DNA of 63,443 nt, counting the filler, from Choristocarpus tenellus KU-1152 (taxonomy: Eukaryota > Protista > Phaeophyceae), in assembly GCA_964200185.2 (NCBI GenBank). It is 10 parts of 10 records of this genome, joined end to end, with 100 filler letters (N's around TTAATTAATTAA, not from the genome) between each part and the next. Parts side by side here need not be neighbours in the genome. Positions count along the whole stretch, not along the records: positions 24,190 to 37,499 come from CAXNAD020001528.1; positions 37,600 to 50,738 come from CAXNAD020001574.1; 8 more parts are not named here. One strand, written 5' to 3'. Positions 24,502-38,184 of this stretch are shown piece by piece. The notes below the pieces were generated by a model that was not told the DNA's origin, did not search any database, and was given only the letters and a program-made list of their open reading frames with translations. Position numbers and translations under genes: made by a program. How positions within the stretch are numbered: position 1 is the stretch's first letter; each line of letters begins with the position of its first letter.

Positions 24502-26223
24502 CTGTTTCTGGATCATGTACTCATTCTCTTTCGCAGCATTTACGCCTCCCATCATCTTCCTCTGCTGAAGTATTTTGTTTTTCATCAGTCCTATCTGGAT
24601 TCAGCCAGTATGAACCACATTGTGTGGGTGTGCGTGTTTAGCCCACAAAGTCCACCACCAGTACATTACAAAGAATAAAAATACAGTAGATGTATTCGTT
24701 TTTGAAGTAGTTTAATAATATGTGTCGCAGGAGAGCAGGAGTTATGTGCTATAGCAGTGAAGAGGATATGTTGCCAAGATCGTCTATGGCTACTTTATCG
24801 ATTCAATAGCAAAGGGATCAAAGTGTATTCAGTGCTCATGCTTTGCACTGCCAGCCAGTCGACTCCTCAAAGTTGTGTGGTTACAAACAAACAAAGCCCT
24901 TGCCCTGTTCTTGATGATTAGAGATACAGGGGGAGGAGTTCCCAAACGTTGCTTCAACTAAATATTGTTCTATTTCTATTTCAATCAATCGGAAAGAGGT
25001 GATGAGCAGTCTCAGTGAGAGAGCTTACGGGAGAGGTACATTCACAGGAGGGGCCACATCACGTCTTTCCTCACATTTATGTCAATGGGCTGCTGAAGAG
25101 GGTGTGCGTTGTCCTTCAAGAGGTTTCAGCTCCAGGCTAACAATCAATTGTTGTGTCAAACTAGTGGTGTTGGTAGGGCATGCGACCCTTAAACTAGAAA
25201 AATATGGGGGGGCACTTCTACGTAAAGCAGTAGCGTGTGGAAGCGAAAGGGAAAAACTGCCAGGGAGATATAACTACGTTTTAGTATTAATATGTGCTCG
25301 CACCCCCAGTCATTGCTCTTCTCCAGGAAAACAAAAGGACCATTTACAAGTTCAGAATTTCGGTTGTTTTGGGCAACTTCACTGTATTAATGCAGATATA
25401 CTCGCTTGCTCATCCACTGTGCTGATGTTACGCTTCTCGCCCTCTATAGCTGCTGTGTAGTGGTCCACATGGTCTTGGAGCTATTCGTCGAAAGAAGCAT
25501 ATCAATGCACAGAAGTACAGTAGATTGCAAGGGTCGGATAGAGGGAAGTATGGGATTGGGTTTTTTCTGTGGAGAATTCGAATGAGTCTATGCAAGTGTT
25601 TGAGTCTAAGGATCTAGCTGGACCTGATACCATATTTTATCGAGACATGTGAACCTCAGTTAAGGAACAACGAGGAACAAGGAGAAGCGCAGGATGGATA
25701 TGTAATACCCTTATCTCTATACGGTACCTGCGATAGGCGTTCGGTGGAGCTGGAGTCGACGGGTTTCTTAAATTGGCGAAATTCCATTGCAAGTTCCGTC
25801 TTAAGACCAGTGTTTTCACGCCTCAGCTTCTCCATATTGATCTGAGGGAAAGACGGCCAAAGCTTTCTTGTGCGTGTTGCCATTTACGAGCGAGTTGTTC
25901 AGACTGCAAAACCTCGCACGCAAAAGCATGCTTCTAAAGGAAGAATCTCTTGGTCCAACTCTTATCCACCCTCGAATTATTGCTACTGGAAGAAGTGAAG
26001 CATGTCGCGCACAGAGGTCCCGGGGTTGACATTATCGGCAATATCTGACTCCCAACAAATGGTCTTGCACCTGTTGCTTGCGGAGGAGGTGTTGACTTTC
26101 CTCAGCATACGCCCTGCGATTTAGCTCCATGTGTCGATACTCCCTTTGCAGTTGTTGTAGGTCTTGGACTCTCTGGGCGTCACCTTGCCCGGCCCCTACA
26201 GGGCGTGGCATGGTCGACGCCAT
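24502..26223 (-). CDS. ODAD1: Outer dynein arm docking complex subunit ODA1/DC2 (CCDC114/CCDC63 family), 5' part
   Basis: Exons 26223-26071, 25841-25728, 25480-25406 and 24594-24502 splice in phase 0 to MAST...LQQLQREYRHMELNRRAYAEESQHLLRKQQINMEKLRRENTGLKTEL...QRKMMGGVNAAKENEYMIQKQ. This matches ODA1/CCDC114 motifs (coiled coil, MGGVNA). The gene continues past the contig end. Confidence 0.85.
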
Positions 26224-26414
26224 GAACGCAACTCACAGTTACCCTCACGTTGGTGAAAGTATCACAGTTCGAACAATTGTTTGGGTCATGGAGTCTAGAC
26301 GTATTCAGAAAAACAGTGGAACTTTCCAACCTCTTTATTGTCGTTTCACTTCTTATAGAGAGGCGTTTGACCAAAAATACCACGTTCAATACTTGTATAC
26401 CCACCAACACTAGT

Positions 26415-29400
26415 ATGAAGAGTCGAGACAGCGAGATCAAGGTTTGGTGGGCAAATGCCGCTGATGATGGTCCCACGATAGATCATAAATCCCACCAGAA
26501 GCACGGAGTCCTGTGGGAGAAAGCCGTCGGCATTCCTATGTCTGAAGGTCGACAGGATCCAAAGTCCCTGTTCGGTCCGTTGCCCAACTCGACCCTCGAT
26601 CTGGCGGATGTGGGTGACCCCATTGAAAGAGAGAGGCAACGGTGTGGGATGCATTCTCAAACTGTACATAAGAAAGACAACGATCAACGATTTAAGCAGA
26701 GCGTAGAATTTTTTGGAGGCTCTGGAGATCAAGATCGTACCTCTTTTCTGCAAAGAGAGTGCGTCCGCCTACGGGAAGAGCTGGAGCGCACTGCGCAAGA
26801 AAAAGAGAGGTGCGTTAAATTGAGACCACTATTTTACATTTTCGCAAGTGAAGAGCAACATCGAAGTGATTGAATAGGGGTTTTTAGGTAATAGATATCA
26901 TATTAGACACACTCAACCTCGCGATCCAGGTGGAATGCCGAAAGGAGGGGTATGTTCCAGACATCCATTGACCACAAGCGCGAGCTGGAGGGGCTGCGGC
27001 GTGCAGTGGAATCACAGAGCCAGCTTGTGATGGAAAGTTTAGTTTCTGTGCAAAGGTGAACTTGTTCTATTGCTTTTGGATATCTGTCCTCCTCAACTCT
27101 CAGGAGATAGTGATATGATATGGTATGGAACATCTTGTCACTTTGCCTCCAGGACAATATATCATTATATTGATACCAAAGCGAGGGATTCTAATTACTA
27201 TGAATAATGATAGAACATAGATATTGTGGGGGTACCAAACTCCTCGAATTACCATGCACAGTGCTTTTATCCTTGAATCCAAAGCAGTGTAATATTGTGT
27301 TATATTGTTGTAATGTATCGGTAACACTCAGCAAATCATGTTAACACTGGATGAGATAGGTTGACAGAGACTGTGTTATTTGTTGGCAGGCTCTCAGCGA
27401 CGGAAGCAAGTGCCCCAACTGTTGATACCCAGGAAATTATGGGATATGGGCCGTGGAATCCACCACAAGCACCCTTCGTTCCCCATCTCCCCTGGGACCC
27501 AAGGTCGTCTTCCAGAAGACTAGAAGCACCTCGTGAGTCATCATCTGCTGAGCCAAACTGGACAGCACATTCCGTACCACATAATTTGCAGGCAGCAAGT
27601 CCGTTAGCTGCAACTAGATTTAATAATCCTCCACAACATCTTGAAACGTAATCATGATGACATCCCCTCAGGCGAAAACAGCATCAAGACAGAGCCAGGG
27701 GTGCAAGGAGTTTCCGAGCATGGATCAGTTGTAAGTTGGCCCCAGTATAAAGAGTTGAGTGGTGCAGGAACTCTGCCGCAAGGAAAAAAAAAGTCAAGGG
27801 GTTATGGTACTGACTGGGCCCTTCATATGGGAAATATGAATAGGCTGGGTGGGGAAAGTAATCAGAGGATGTGGGAGCAAGATTCCCTCCGCCCTCCCCC
27901 TTATGCCCCTGATCGAAGTGCAAGCAGGCACCAGTCAGAGCCCCTTGCCCTAGTTTCAGTTCCAGGCTGGGGGAAGAGGGAGAGCAAAGATAATGCAGGT
28001 TGGGAGTGTGTCAAAAGGGGACAAGATAGATGGGGGAAGGATAAAGTTGGTGTTGTAACTGACAAAGGAGGGATAAGAAAGTGGGAGGAATGGGAGTGGA
28101 ATGGTCGGAGAATGCTCCTGGACTTCTCACCCCAACCAGTTCGGGAAGTGGCATTATTGAAGCACCAGGGTAAGCGAACAACAGACCTTTGTGTGTGTTC
28201 TCATGTCCTGCTTTTGTACTTTGAGCTAACCAAGGTAGAGGATATGAACTACAAGTTCCCACATAGTTGTTTAGAAGGGAGGGGGCGGGATCTTGTGTCA
28301 GATGTGTCAGGGAGAGCATTTGAAGGTCGCGTGAAAATGTCCTTGCAAACATTTTGTCAATTGTGTGTCATCATTTGCATAGTCAATTGTTCTATTATTT
28401 TGTAAAGGCATACCACAACTTCTTTGTTCTTTACTCAACCTTGGTTGTTTCCTTTCATCTACGTCCTTTCTGAACCTACTTTAAGTCAGGTATGTTTCAG
28501 CAACAGCGCTGTCGAAGGGTTGAACAAGGTAAGGGCCCAATAAGCAATGCAAATGGGTTCATGGCGGAAGTAGGTGAGATAAAGGAGGCTGTCTTGGATA
28601 TGGCTGGGGCTGTTGGTTTGCAGTTGGGGCACCATGATGAGATGGGGGAGACTCTCTTACAGATTGGGGCTGGGCAGTCAAGGAGGGAAGAAAACGTGAC
28701 AAGTACTGGCAGTGAGAAGTTGCCTAGTCTTTTGAATCAACAGGGCCTAGGGGTGGGGCTAGAGGTGGCAACAAGGCAAGGCCAGGAGGAAAATAATGTG
28801 ATGACTCCAGAGGTGGTTCCCAACCACTCCATATCAGGGCTTGAACCAGGTGCAATCCTAGGAGATGCGTCAGAGTCAGGGCCGGGATCACAACACAGGT
28901 CTGAGTTGACACCATTGCAAGTAATGCCTGAAGAGTTGCCTGTAATGGAAAGGGTAGATTGCCCAACAAATTTTCCGACTGTTCTACCAGCAGTAGATAT
29001 AGTGGAACAGTTGGAACAAGGTGCAGGGATGGGTTCAGGAGAACATCACGGTGAACTCAGGGGACTGGGAATAGAGGAGCAAGGGGAAGAAGATGAAGGA
29101 AGTGGAACAGAGAAGCAAGATATGAAGGGTGGAAACCCCTCTAGTACTCCTGAATGCGTTGATGGTAGTCAATGCCCTGGAGAAGACAAGGGTAGGTTAA
29201 ATTCATCAGATGAGATAGGGAACAATAGAGAATGTAGAGAAGGAGATGAGGTTGGACTTTCGAAAGTACGACTCCCCGCTGAGGAGTCTTGCAATCAAAA
29301 AGAGAACACGCCTGTCCCGAGAGACAGTTCAAGCGACGGTATTCTCCCAGAAGCAGGGCATGACATGAAGCCACTGCTCTCTGAGCCCCGAGAGGTTCAT

Positions 29401-30279
29401 CTTGTTAGTGTGAAGGGTCCTGTTGATGGAAGTGAAGCAGGAGGAGCAGCTTGTGCCAGCCAATTACTCAACACTATATCATCTGCACCAACCCCGTTCC
29501 TCAGACATGATGCACTTGGCAATTCCAGTATGAAAATCAAACTACCCAACAATGACATACTGCCGCCTGGGGAGAAAAAACCTGTGCTTGAGGCTAAGAC
29601 AACGTCTCTATCCAAGTTTAATGAATCTAACGGCGCTGCTGTTGCACATCATTTAAGGGGGAAAACGTCCTCTCAAGACACAGATGACAGTGACAGAAAT
29701 GTACTGGATATTGATGTTGCACCAACGGGTGTGTTGGAAAATCAGGTCTCGGAGGAATCACCACCTGCTAAGGGCGACAGGATTAGGGTGGTATCCGAAG
29801 AGGGGGCAGACTATCTCAAAGGGCTTGGCACGGGCCACTCTAAAGGGAAAGAGTCTGTTGATGCTGCCATGGCTAGTGGTGGTGATGATGGAGCGGTCAG
29901 CAGTGTGATCATGGAACATGAAAAGTCGAAACTTGGTGAAGGAGTCGGGGAGGATGCACATTCCTTGCATGATGTCATTAACAATGCCAAGGATGAACTA
30001 AGCCCTCCTGTCTACTCTGATGACCTAAGAGATGGTAGACTTCCTTTGAGTGATGAGCCAGCTGCCAGTTGGCAGGAAGCAGTGGATGCTCAACACAATG
30101 AGATTGGGGAAGCCTTTGAGAAGAGGATTGATTGGGCGCATGGTGTGGGGGGTGAGGTGAATGAGGAGATGCCAGAGGATGGACTGGGGGATCAGGAAGG
30201 CAAAAGGATAGGATCTGAAGGTCCTGGAGGAGGACTACCGTTGCTTGATGGCAATCCTCCTGAAGGTGAAGGTAAATGA
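26415..30279 (+). CDS. Hypothetical protein: N-terminal coiled coil plus long acidic disordered region
   Basis: Exons 26415-26809, 26930-27055, from 27390 to about 28169 (with an apparent frame change near 27640) and 28490 to about 30279 (595-aa ORF). Splice phases are compatible for the first three exons. Confidence 0.6.
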
Positions 30280-32298
30280 AGGTGCATTTAGCCTGCAACA
30301 GAATACATGCTTGGGTTGCACATATGCCGGTGTGCTCCTTCTTTGGGTAACCTCAGTGCAGCAATACTGCTTCATCGAGTTCTACTCTATTGAATGTAAG
30401 ATCGTCCCTAACATCTCTCCACTTGCTGCTCCACACAAACAATACTATTATCATCATTGATCTTGTCTCCTCAGTGCTGTTTCCAATTTTCATCAAGTAT
30501 GTGTCGGATTAGTACAATTAATCCAGATGTTCCTGCTATGTATGTAAGAGACAACAATAGCACAAAACAACTCAGTTACAACTGCCTTTGCATAGTACAC
30601 AAAAGCTGATGCTGTTGTATCTAGTCCAGATTTATCGAAACCCTGTCTACCTTGAAATAATGTGTTGACTGTATATGGTTGGTACTAGACCTGGGATTCT
30701 TGTTTCGTGTCCGAACCGCCTTTCACAGTTCTCGGCCAGAATGTCAGGTGTATCATCCTATTCTTGTTGTAGGCAATAGTGCAAATATCTGTCATGCCTA
30801 AGATCATTGTCGCAAGCAATACATCAACACTTGTGAGCAGTAGAAACACCATGTGTATACGTCTTATTGTACATTTGTTGCGTTTTTTGTCGCTGTCTCC
30901 AGCCTGAAAATGCCAACCTGCAAGAATGCGTTACCAGTTGGCGCACATCCATGGTATCATTAGTGCTGCAATCCGAGAACATTCACAGATGAAATGATGT
31001 TGACACTAATTTTTTCGATCAAATCAGTTAAACTGTCAAGATGGAGTGTCAAGCGGTGCATAGAGCTGTGAGGCAGAGGGTCCCCAGCCTGGTAAGGGGC
31101 TTCCAATGGGGGCACGAAATCGAGAAAATGACCTTCAAACTAGATTTTTTTTAGATGAAATCTTGGTCACCTTAAATTGATTGAACTTGATCCGATTGAA
31201 CTGTTATGGCTCTCAACACAATATACCATACAGCGAAGTACTCGGAGTAACAAGTAAGTACAATCAAATTAATCATTTTCACAGTTGGTGTCTGCCTCAC
31301 TGCAGCAAGAAAAACTGGCTATTTAAAAGGTAAAGACAACCAATCCACTCTTCTCCATATTGTGTCCAATTCTGTGCCCCAGAACAGAACCTGTTAGGAG
31401 TTGTGGTAACAAGTTGTACTTAGTGTTATCCCAGGACCTGGTCCCAAGTCCCAATCGGTATGTGCTGATTCTACCATCAATGCATTGCACATACGATACA
31501 TGATAAAATGCGAAAAATGGGAAGTTTGTGGGATTATCATTGCTCAATCAGCATGCATCTCTCTCCAATACCATACAACGTCATTATTTCAAACATGAGA
31601 GGTACCTGATGGCCAGCGTGCTCACCTCAATAGGAGTGTAACGTTCTTGAAATGTAATAATACAGAAAAAATTTGTTTCAGTGATCGGTAGCATATTCTT
31701 TGGTAGCGTATTCAGCGAAGGAGGAGGTGGACGGGGGTTGGACTTAATGTTCCGTACGAATGGCTTTAAAGCGTGACTGACTGATCAAGCATTAATGAAT
31801 TTCCCCCCCACTGAAGAATGTGCCTCAACACCCAAAAAAAAGTCACAATCATTGATGAATCTGGTCAAAAATAAAAATCATTTCAAGAAGGACCAGACAC
31901 CAAGAAGAGAGTGGTTGTATGTTGATTCCCCGCCTATCTATCCACTACACGCCGTGATATCAATAATATTTACCGAGCTTGTCCTACGTGAATATCTGCT
32001 GTGATTGGTCCATTGACAGTTCTAAACTCAATATAATTAATGATATGCAGTAGAGCAACATAGCCTAAGTTCAAATGGATTGGTCCAGAGTCGTATTTAT
32101 CTTAACCTTGGGGTTTTCTCTTACATATGTAATACCAATCCCAACCAAGAAGGTGCAACATCTGTGTACCCACTTCCACTTCAAGTCTCACTCAGTTGTG
32201 GGGTAAAAACGTTTTTAGTATTGGGCGCCTTCTTGTCCTCTGTGTTGGGCAGACTCTCCCCCCCTTCCATGTTGCCTACGACAACAACAACAGTAGTA

Positions 32299-32540
32299 GA
32301 GTGAAAGTATCTTAGAGGGTACGAGTTTGGCCCTCTTTGTCCGTTTTTTATGACATTTTCCTATTCCGAAATGTTCCGAGTAAGTAAAATGCATACGTTT
32401 TGGATTAGTTATCATGCTTATGTCTGGAACAAGGATACTGACACTTCCTAACAAACACGATAGCCAAGATTACATCAAAATCGCAACATTGGATTTTGTC
32501 CCGAATGGACGCAACTCTACCCTCTAAGATACTCGGACTC
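32299..32540. mobile_element. TIR MITE (AGAGGG subfamily)
   Basis: Termini GAGTGAAAGTATCTTAGAGGG ... CCCTCTAAGATACTCGGACTC, flanked by AGTA on both sides. Confidence 0.85.
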
Positions 32541-34395
32541 AGTAGCAAGCAAGGAGTGGGAGTAGGACAGAGTATCGTTAAGATTTTCCACAGCGAGTCA
32601 GAAAATATGATGCTCCTCCTACACCACCAAGCTCATACTCACTTACTGATATATAAATAATGATTTTATATTTGTTATCATGCTCACGTTCAATTGNNNN
32701 NNNNNNCCTCATCAAACGCATCAAAATTCATTATTATTGTTTTTTCACCGTCTGTATCAACAGGCAACGGTTTATCATTTGTGATACTGTATAATGAAGA
32801 AATTATTTCTTCATTATACAGTATCAGATATGACAAGAGCCGTAAAGTTGTAACACAAGGACTGAAGTCTCTCCCGGCTGAAGCCGGGGGTTTTAACCAA
32901 AAAGGGGACTATAAACTTAGATGATTTTTTGGAAATATTCCTATAGAGCAATTAATGTATTCACCTACGTTATCTTTTATTGCTTTTTTTATTATTTTTC
33001 CAATTGTCTAGCGACAACTATAATTACCTATAAACGACAACTATAATTACCGGAAAAAAAGAGTCAAAAAACGAGTATAATATTGGAGTAAAAAGAACGA
33101 CTAAAATGTAGTTTTTTATAATCCAATAAAATAAATATTCAAATGACAATAACAAACCAACAGGTAATAAGGTTAAAACAAATGATACACAAATATAATC
33201 AAGAAATTGCCCCAACAACCGCAAGGAATAGCATTTAATTGTACCACTGATATCATGGTGGCCAAATTAACGTGGAGTCATTAAGAAACAGTTATTTTTC
33301 GTACAACATACCCTACCCTATTGACAAATTATGATACTTCGACATCATCAATGATTTCTCTCATTTGATCCTAGCTGTGGGAAAACTTGGAAGAGTAGTA
33401 GATACAGGTAGATTCTGCACCCTTGTGGTCGAAACAGTAGTGATTAGCACAATTTTGAAAGAATTAATTTCTACTACTGGTGCTTGCCCCTTCTAGTTGG
33501 TTCCAAACACTGTAGGGGGCACGCAGGGTGTGAAGAGATTTTTGCACCACCTGAGGTTGCTTCTGGGTAGAGCAGTGGATGGCAACCAAACAAAGCCCAC
33601 ACCTCCTGCTCCACTCAAGCACGAGGACGATTCCCCAGAGCAACATTAACAGGGTAGCAAACACACACCAGGATCCCCAGCCCCCAGGGGCAGCACAGCC
33701 TTCGACCATAAATCGTAGTCCAACAAGGCGAAAGGAAATAATAATATTAGTATGAGCGAGTATGGTGAATATATCTTGAGAAGGCTCTTTGTTATGCCCT
33801 TGCATTGGACGGTCCACCAGTGTGCGGACTTTCGTTTTTTTAATTTGACTTTTCACGAGAGATGGATGCGGAGTGTAACCCCTACCCGATAGCCCTCAAA
33901 AGAATAGAAAAGTATACAGTGAATACCACTCCTTAGTAGAAGGGGATTTGTGAGGTGTGGTTAGCGTACAACAACTGACTACTGCTCTCGGAGTGACCTG
34001 GACCACTCTCAGTGTGCACAAGGATTGTGAGAGAGGCAAGGTGCGTGAAAAGGAGGTGAGGTGCGGCATTGATGGTATGACTTGGGGGTGCAAAGGAGAG
34101 TGAATGGCAGTGGTGGGGCAGAGCCTATACTATACGACTTTGAACGTTTTATGTCAGAGCTGAGAAGCAGAGTAATTGATGGTGAGCACCAATTCAAGGA
34201 ACTTTCCTCTTGGTTTTTCGCCACATCATGCTCGCTTGAGACCAATATAGTAATGTGGACCACTACTTCAGGTATCATAGACGGCATTTGCACTTTACGA
34301 ACCAATGCACACCACATATTACATACAAGTTATTTGTATTAGACTGCCATGCTGCCTGGTTGTGGCACCTCCTACTATAGTCTTGTCCACACCTC

Positions 34396-34593
34396 CACTC
34401 AAAGTATCTGAGGGGGAGGGGGTGGCGGCTGTCCATTCAGGGTCCAACTTTCCCTCTCGCGATTTTTGGGTGATTTAGTTGCATGCGTCAGATGGATAAA
34501 TGTAAGTGCACTTCTATTGGTCAGGGTCCGAAACGACTCGCTGATGTAGACCCCCCCCCCCCCCCCCCCCCCCCCTCCCTAATACTTTGAGCC
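34396..34593. mobile_element. TIR MITE (G-tract subfamily)
   Basis: Termini CTCAAAGTATCTGAGGGG ... CCCTAATACTTTGAG, with internal GGCGGCTGTCCATT...GATTTTTGGGTGATTT shared with 38955. Confidence 0.75.
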
Positions 34594-36311
34594 TCTCTTG
34601 GAGATGCTTCTTGGATGTCCCGAATAAATTATAGTGAACCAAATATCCTTATGGTGAAGTTTAGGTGAGTTGCCTTGCCAGATGAAACAATGTGTTTGAG
34701 TGTATCTTGTCATCGTTGCAGGGGGTTGCTTGGTCAATTTGCTCATCCTCAATGACCACAGTGAGATGAAACAACCAGAAAGTAGGAACATATTGGTTAG
34801 TAGGACTCTTACAATAAGCTAGTACATCTGATTCGACCAGGAAGACACAACAGACTGCATCTATTTCCCCGTCTTCTGCACCACAACAAAAAAGGTTAGG
34901 TAGTTAACTAGAACACTCTTCACTTCAAATATTGCCTCACTCTAGCGGACTAGGTAAATTTAAAGTAGAAGATAGCCCATCAAAGTACTTTCCTTTGTGA
35001 TACGATAGAATTGGAGGGCTCATCCACGTCTTTGTGGTCTACAAGCTTTTTTCTAGACGTGCTTTCTTTTTTGGTTGTAATGATCATGGAGAAGTTCTCC
35101 CTCAGTGCCTGGATAGCATGGAGTAACAATGTAGGGGTCGAAGATATTGCATACCCATACAACAACAATCATTTGGGCAAATGAAGGCTAAAATAGTATC
35201 TTTCTCTTGGCATGGAAGCTAAAAACTATGTTCCATCGTCAAATGTCGTATGAGGTACTCAGAATTAGATCAAAATATGTCGCCCTTTACTCTGAAGGCT
35301 GCAAGTACTGTAGTGCCCGCCCCCCACTGCTTTCTTCACAGTCCTATTAAGTGCCGTGTGTGCATGTGTATATTGAATGTACTAGTAGCATAATCCTGAG
35401 AAAGCAAAGTAGAAGCAGCTATACATTTTGCAGGAACCTCTGCCAAAATAGCGCATGCTGTCAGCAATCCCCCTCCTCCTCCCCAACAAGCATCTTCACC
35501 ACTACTATCACTTTTCTACGTACCATGTAGAAGAAAAAAATGAATCAAGAAAAGTTCCACAACAACACAAACGAATACACAACTCTCATGGCTGCACACA
35601 AACATGCACATAGCCACAAACACAAGAGTCCCTCCCTCACTACCCATCGATCAATGCATCACATCATGATCCATGACCCTCTTTGCATTCAGATATTTCA
35701 ATTCCCCAAGACCCCGCCAAGACAAGGCTCAGCACTTATTCTGAACAAGGGCAGCTGAACATCAAAAGGTTTGTACCACTCTTCATACCTACGTCCACAG
35801 TCAGATACACCCTAACCTAACCCCACCCCTTCATGGACACATGTCCTACTGCTGTGAGCACCCCCTATCCCCCCCCAGCCTATTGTTCCTTGTCAATCAA
35901 AAAAGCTCAGTGCAATCAATCACTGTTCAAAAGGGCACGATTCAGGCTTGACAACTAATAACTCCAAAACCATTTGTGCCTTCCATCATCATGGGCACCA
36001 TCTACCAGACCACAACACCTAGACCAGTCATGAAATGCATGGTTCTCGAAAAGAAATTCAAATAATTACAGTTACAACCCAACAGTCAACTACATCACAC
36101 AGACAAAAAGAAGGAACACCTCACAAACCAAAGTAAACAAATCTTGGATCATATGTTAACTGTCAACAGGGTGCTCTGATCAAAGTCCTTTTGACACTGT
36201 TTTGAATCACTTGACTCCTACAATATTCTACTCCTGCTCTCACAACTTGTACACCACATATTTGCCCTCATGAAACCACATTTGAGACAATGCCCCTCTC
36301 GCCATCCCCCC

Positions 36312-36348
<37 letters not shown>

Positions 36349-36391
36349 CTTGTCCCCCCCACTTTTGCCCCCCAAAACCCCCATTTGAAAC

Positions 36392-36435
<44 letters not shown>

Positions 36436-38184
36436 CCCCTCAGACGCTGTTCCCTGTCTGGTCACCGAACATTGACACCTTGTGACAGTACCTATAGTCC
36501 TGCACCATAGTGCATTGTAAGTTGGTGTCTTTTTCACACCGTCTTTTTTCTGACATGTTGTGACACACACAGACATACACCAGACAAGCAACAGCATGGG
36601 AATGCAACTGCAGGGACTGAGAGCACAATTTGAAACATAGTGTGTCCATCCCTTTCCTTTACCACTCCTCATATTAGGCAAGTGCTTCAGAACCACTTCA
36701 ACCTTTCACAATGAACCCTTCTTGGAACATTAGAAGATAGTGGCAGAGAAATCACCTTATTACATCATGTCTTGGTGTACCCCTCCACCCCCACCCCCCC
36801 TGAACTGATCAGAATTCCCCTTGCGATCCCCAGCTCCCCACTCAGGTACAACGGTAACTAAATACACCATCAGGAGGAGCATATACACACCATCCACCAG
36901 CAAATGAACCTGAAACACCTTACTAGCTTAATAGGCTACACTCCTCATTATCTCACAGAATGAAGTGGGGCAACCTCTTGGGCAGTCTAGATGAGATGAA
37001 TACTCTCTTTGTTCTTCTCATCCACCCCTTCCATTAAGCCCACCTAGCAGTACACAATCTCGCTCACATCCACACGCCATCCCCCCACCCCTATCCCCTG
37101 CTTCTCCCACACCTGGGACTTACAGGCAGACAAGATGCTCCCGCCTCAGCAGAATACCAAAATCCATTCCATCCTCTAGAATCCTCACTAAGACTACACC
37201 AAATCCCTAGCCACCCCAAATACCTCTTCTCTTTCCACAGACAAAAGGTGATAAGAAAATAACTCTCTTGATATCAATAACAAAAACACAACAAAAAGTT
37301 TCAATTTTCCAAAAGGCAAACAAAGGACTCTTGAGTTCACTTGCCCATTCCCAACATATAGTCCAGAGTCCCATCGACTAGAACATCATTCCTTCCCCGC
37401 CCTGGTTCTCCCTCAACAATCTCCCAACACACTACAAATGCCCCTCCCCTCCCCTCCCCTCCCCTCCCCCCACCACATCTAGGCACCTATTGACCTCCCN
37501 NNNNNNNNNNNNNNNNNNNNNNNNNNNNNNNNNNNNNNNNNNNTTAATTAATTAANNNNNNNNNNNNNNNNNNNNNNNNNNNNNNNNNNNNNNNNNNNNG
37601 TGATTTGGTTCCATACGTTGGATTGATAATGAAAGTGCACTTTTCCTGGTTTTGGTCCAAATGGACACTCTGGTGTAGACTCCTCCCCCCCCCCAGATAC
37701 TGTGGGTCATACGGTTGAAAGAAAGGTAATGCACCAGAACTTGCATGCATGAGGTACGCCATCCAAGAATTGTACCATTGATCCTTATATCTGATTATGT
37801 CGTTTGATGCACGATCCAAGCAAAATGATATATATTTGTGTATGTGTAATATTTGTGTGTGCATACATTTATCCAATCTACACGATTTTTATATATTGTA
37901 GGTCTGAATTCTCCATGTAGAATACAAATACTTTTCAACCCTACCCATGTATTGCTGATAACATTGAATTGTGATCCCACATTGCCTTGGAGTGAGTTCA
38001 CATGATGGCTCCAGTTATTAGCAGGAACCCAATGGCACAAAACAATTTGAGAAGAAACCAAATCCGTTCATGCATAGTGTGTAGGTCGCATGCAATGTTG
38101 TGCACGGAAAGGCAGGGGTCTCTGCTCCCTGCTGCTCTCTGCTGACTAGATTGAACATGGACGACAACCTTGTAAGTCACTCAC

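Noticed and set aside
36268-36696. Poly-Pro/poly-Gly ORFs (also 8361-8624)
   Set aside because: They arise from homopolymer C/G tracts and have no coding signature.
37700-37900. Possible further MORN exon of paralog A (RYKDQWYNSW)
   Set aside because: No phase-0 acceptor giving a convincing MORN continuation was found. The next exon probably lies beyond the contig end.
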